Source: Chiloscyllium plagiosum (taxonomy: Eukaryota). From it: a DNA stretch of 56,430 bases. Shown here in pieces: positions 55,871 through 56,430 of this stretch. The position numbers and the translations under genes are program-made. How positions within the stretch are numbered: the first letter of the stretch is position 1; each line of letters starts with the position of its first letter. The stretch lies in contig NC_057719.1 of NCBI RefSeq assembly GCF_004010195.1, positions 44,866,861 to 44,923,290 of the forward strand. The letters run 5' to 3'. The notes under the pieces are model-generated. The model saw only the letters and a list, made by a program, of their open reading frames with translations, was not told where the DNA came from and searched no databases.

Positions 55871-56186
55871 GATGTTTCTCATAAGATTTTTATTTCCTAA
55901 GTTCTGCTTTTCCAGATGGTAATAGAACAGCTAGGTAAAAAATGTTAATATTTCAGATAAAGTCTTTGGTCAGAATGGTCCTTGATGTGTGATGTTAATT
56001 TTTTTTATTGCTCACGACTTGCTGAGTTTTTCAGTATTTTAAATTTTATTTTGGATTTTCAGAATCCATAGTAATTACTTTAGTACTGAAGATTTTAAAA
56101 CAATGTGTACATTTAAAAATACATCAACTGCATGAGAAGTGTTTTAAACTTTTGTTGGCACCATTTTTCAAAATGACTATGACACT

Positions 56187-56430
56187 GTGGTGGATCAATG
56201 GTGCTGGAAGAGCACAGCAGTTCAGGCAGCATCCAAGGAGCTTCAGCAAAATCGACGTTTCAGGCGAAAGCCCTTCATCAGGAATAAAGGCAGAGAGCCT
56301 GAAGCGTGGAGAGATAAGCTAGGGGAGGGTGGGGGTGGGGAGAGAGTAGCATAGAGTACAATGGGTGAGTGGGAGAGGAGATGAAGGTGATAGGTCAGGG
56401 AGGAGAGGGTGGAGTGGATAGGTGGAAAAG
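56187..56430 (-). mobile_element. Penelope-like element 3' region running off the window end, with hammerhead motif
   Basis: Minus strand CUGAUGA-A-GGGC-UUUC-GCCU-GAAA-CGUC (56281 to 56254); purine-rich UTR on +; matches 18122-18217. Confidence 0.8.

Overview
Eukaryotic genomic DNA from a cartilaginous fish. The repeat content (HE1-type V-SINEs with (AATCT)n tails, HER1/CR1-type LINEs) points to a shark, probably a carpet shark; this is inference. The whole window lies inside one + strand gene, FRMD6 (Willin; FERM-domain Hippo-pathway regulator). Ten consecutive internal coding exons (91, 80, 77, 187, 156, 66, 69, 175, 336, 132 nt; 1369 nt total) splice in frame with GT-AG boundaries. The first coding exon and the last exons are outside the window. 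The introns hold decayed retroelements: CR1 and L2 LINE fragments, three HE1 SINEs and two short LTR-like repeats. They also contain a 37-bp minisatellite and a pyrimidine microsatellite. The most interesting signals are: (i) short Penelope-like insertions, several with long target-site duplications or fold-back structure, carrying minimal hammerhead-ribozyme cores, two of them intact in the sense orientation of the FRMD6 pre-mRNA; (ii) an apparently ORF1-less LINE with a tRNA-like head, plus a short element sharing both its ends; (iii) a near-perfect 118-bp inverted duplication that looks like a template-switch replacement. No wholly new protein-coding system is evident.
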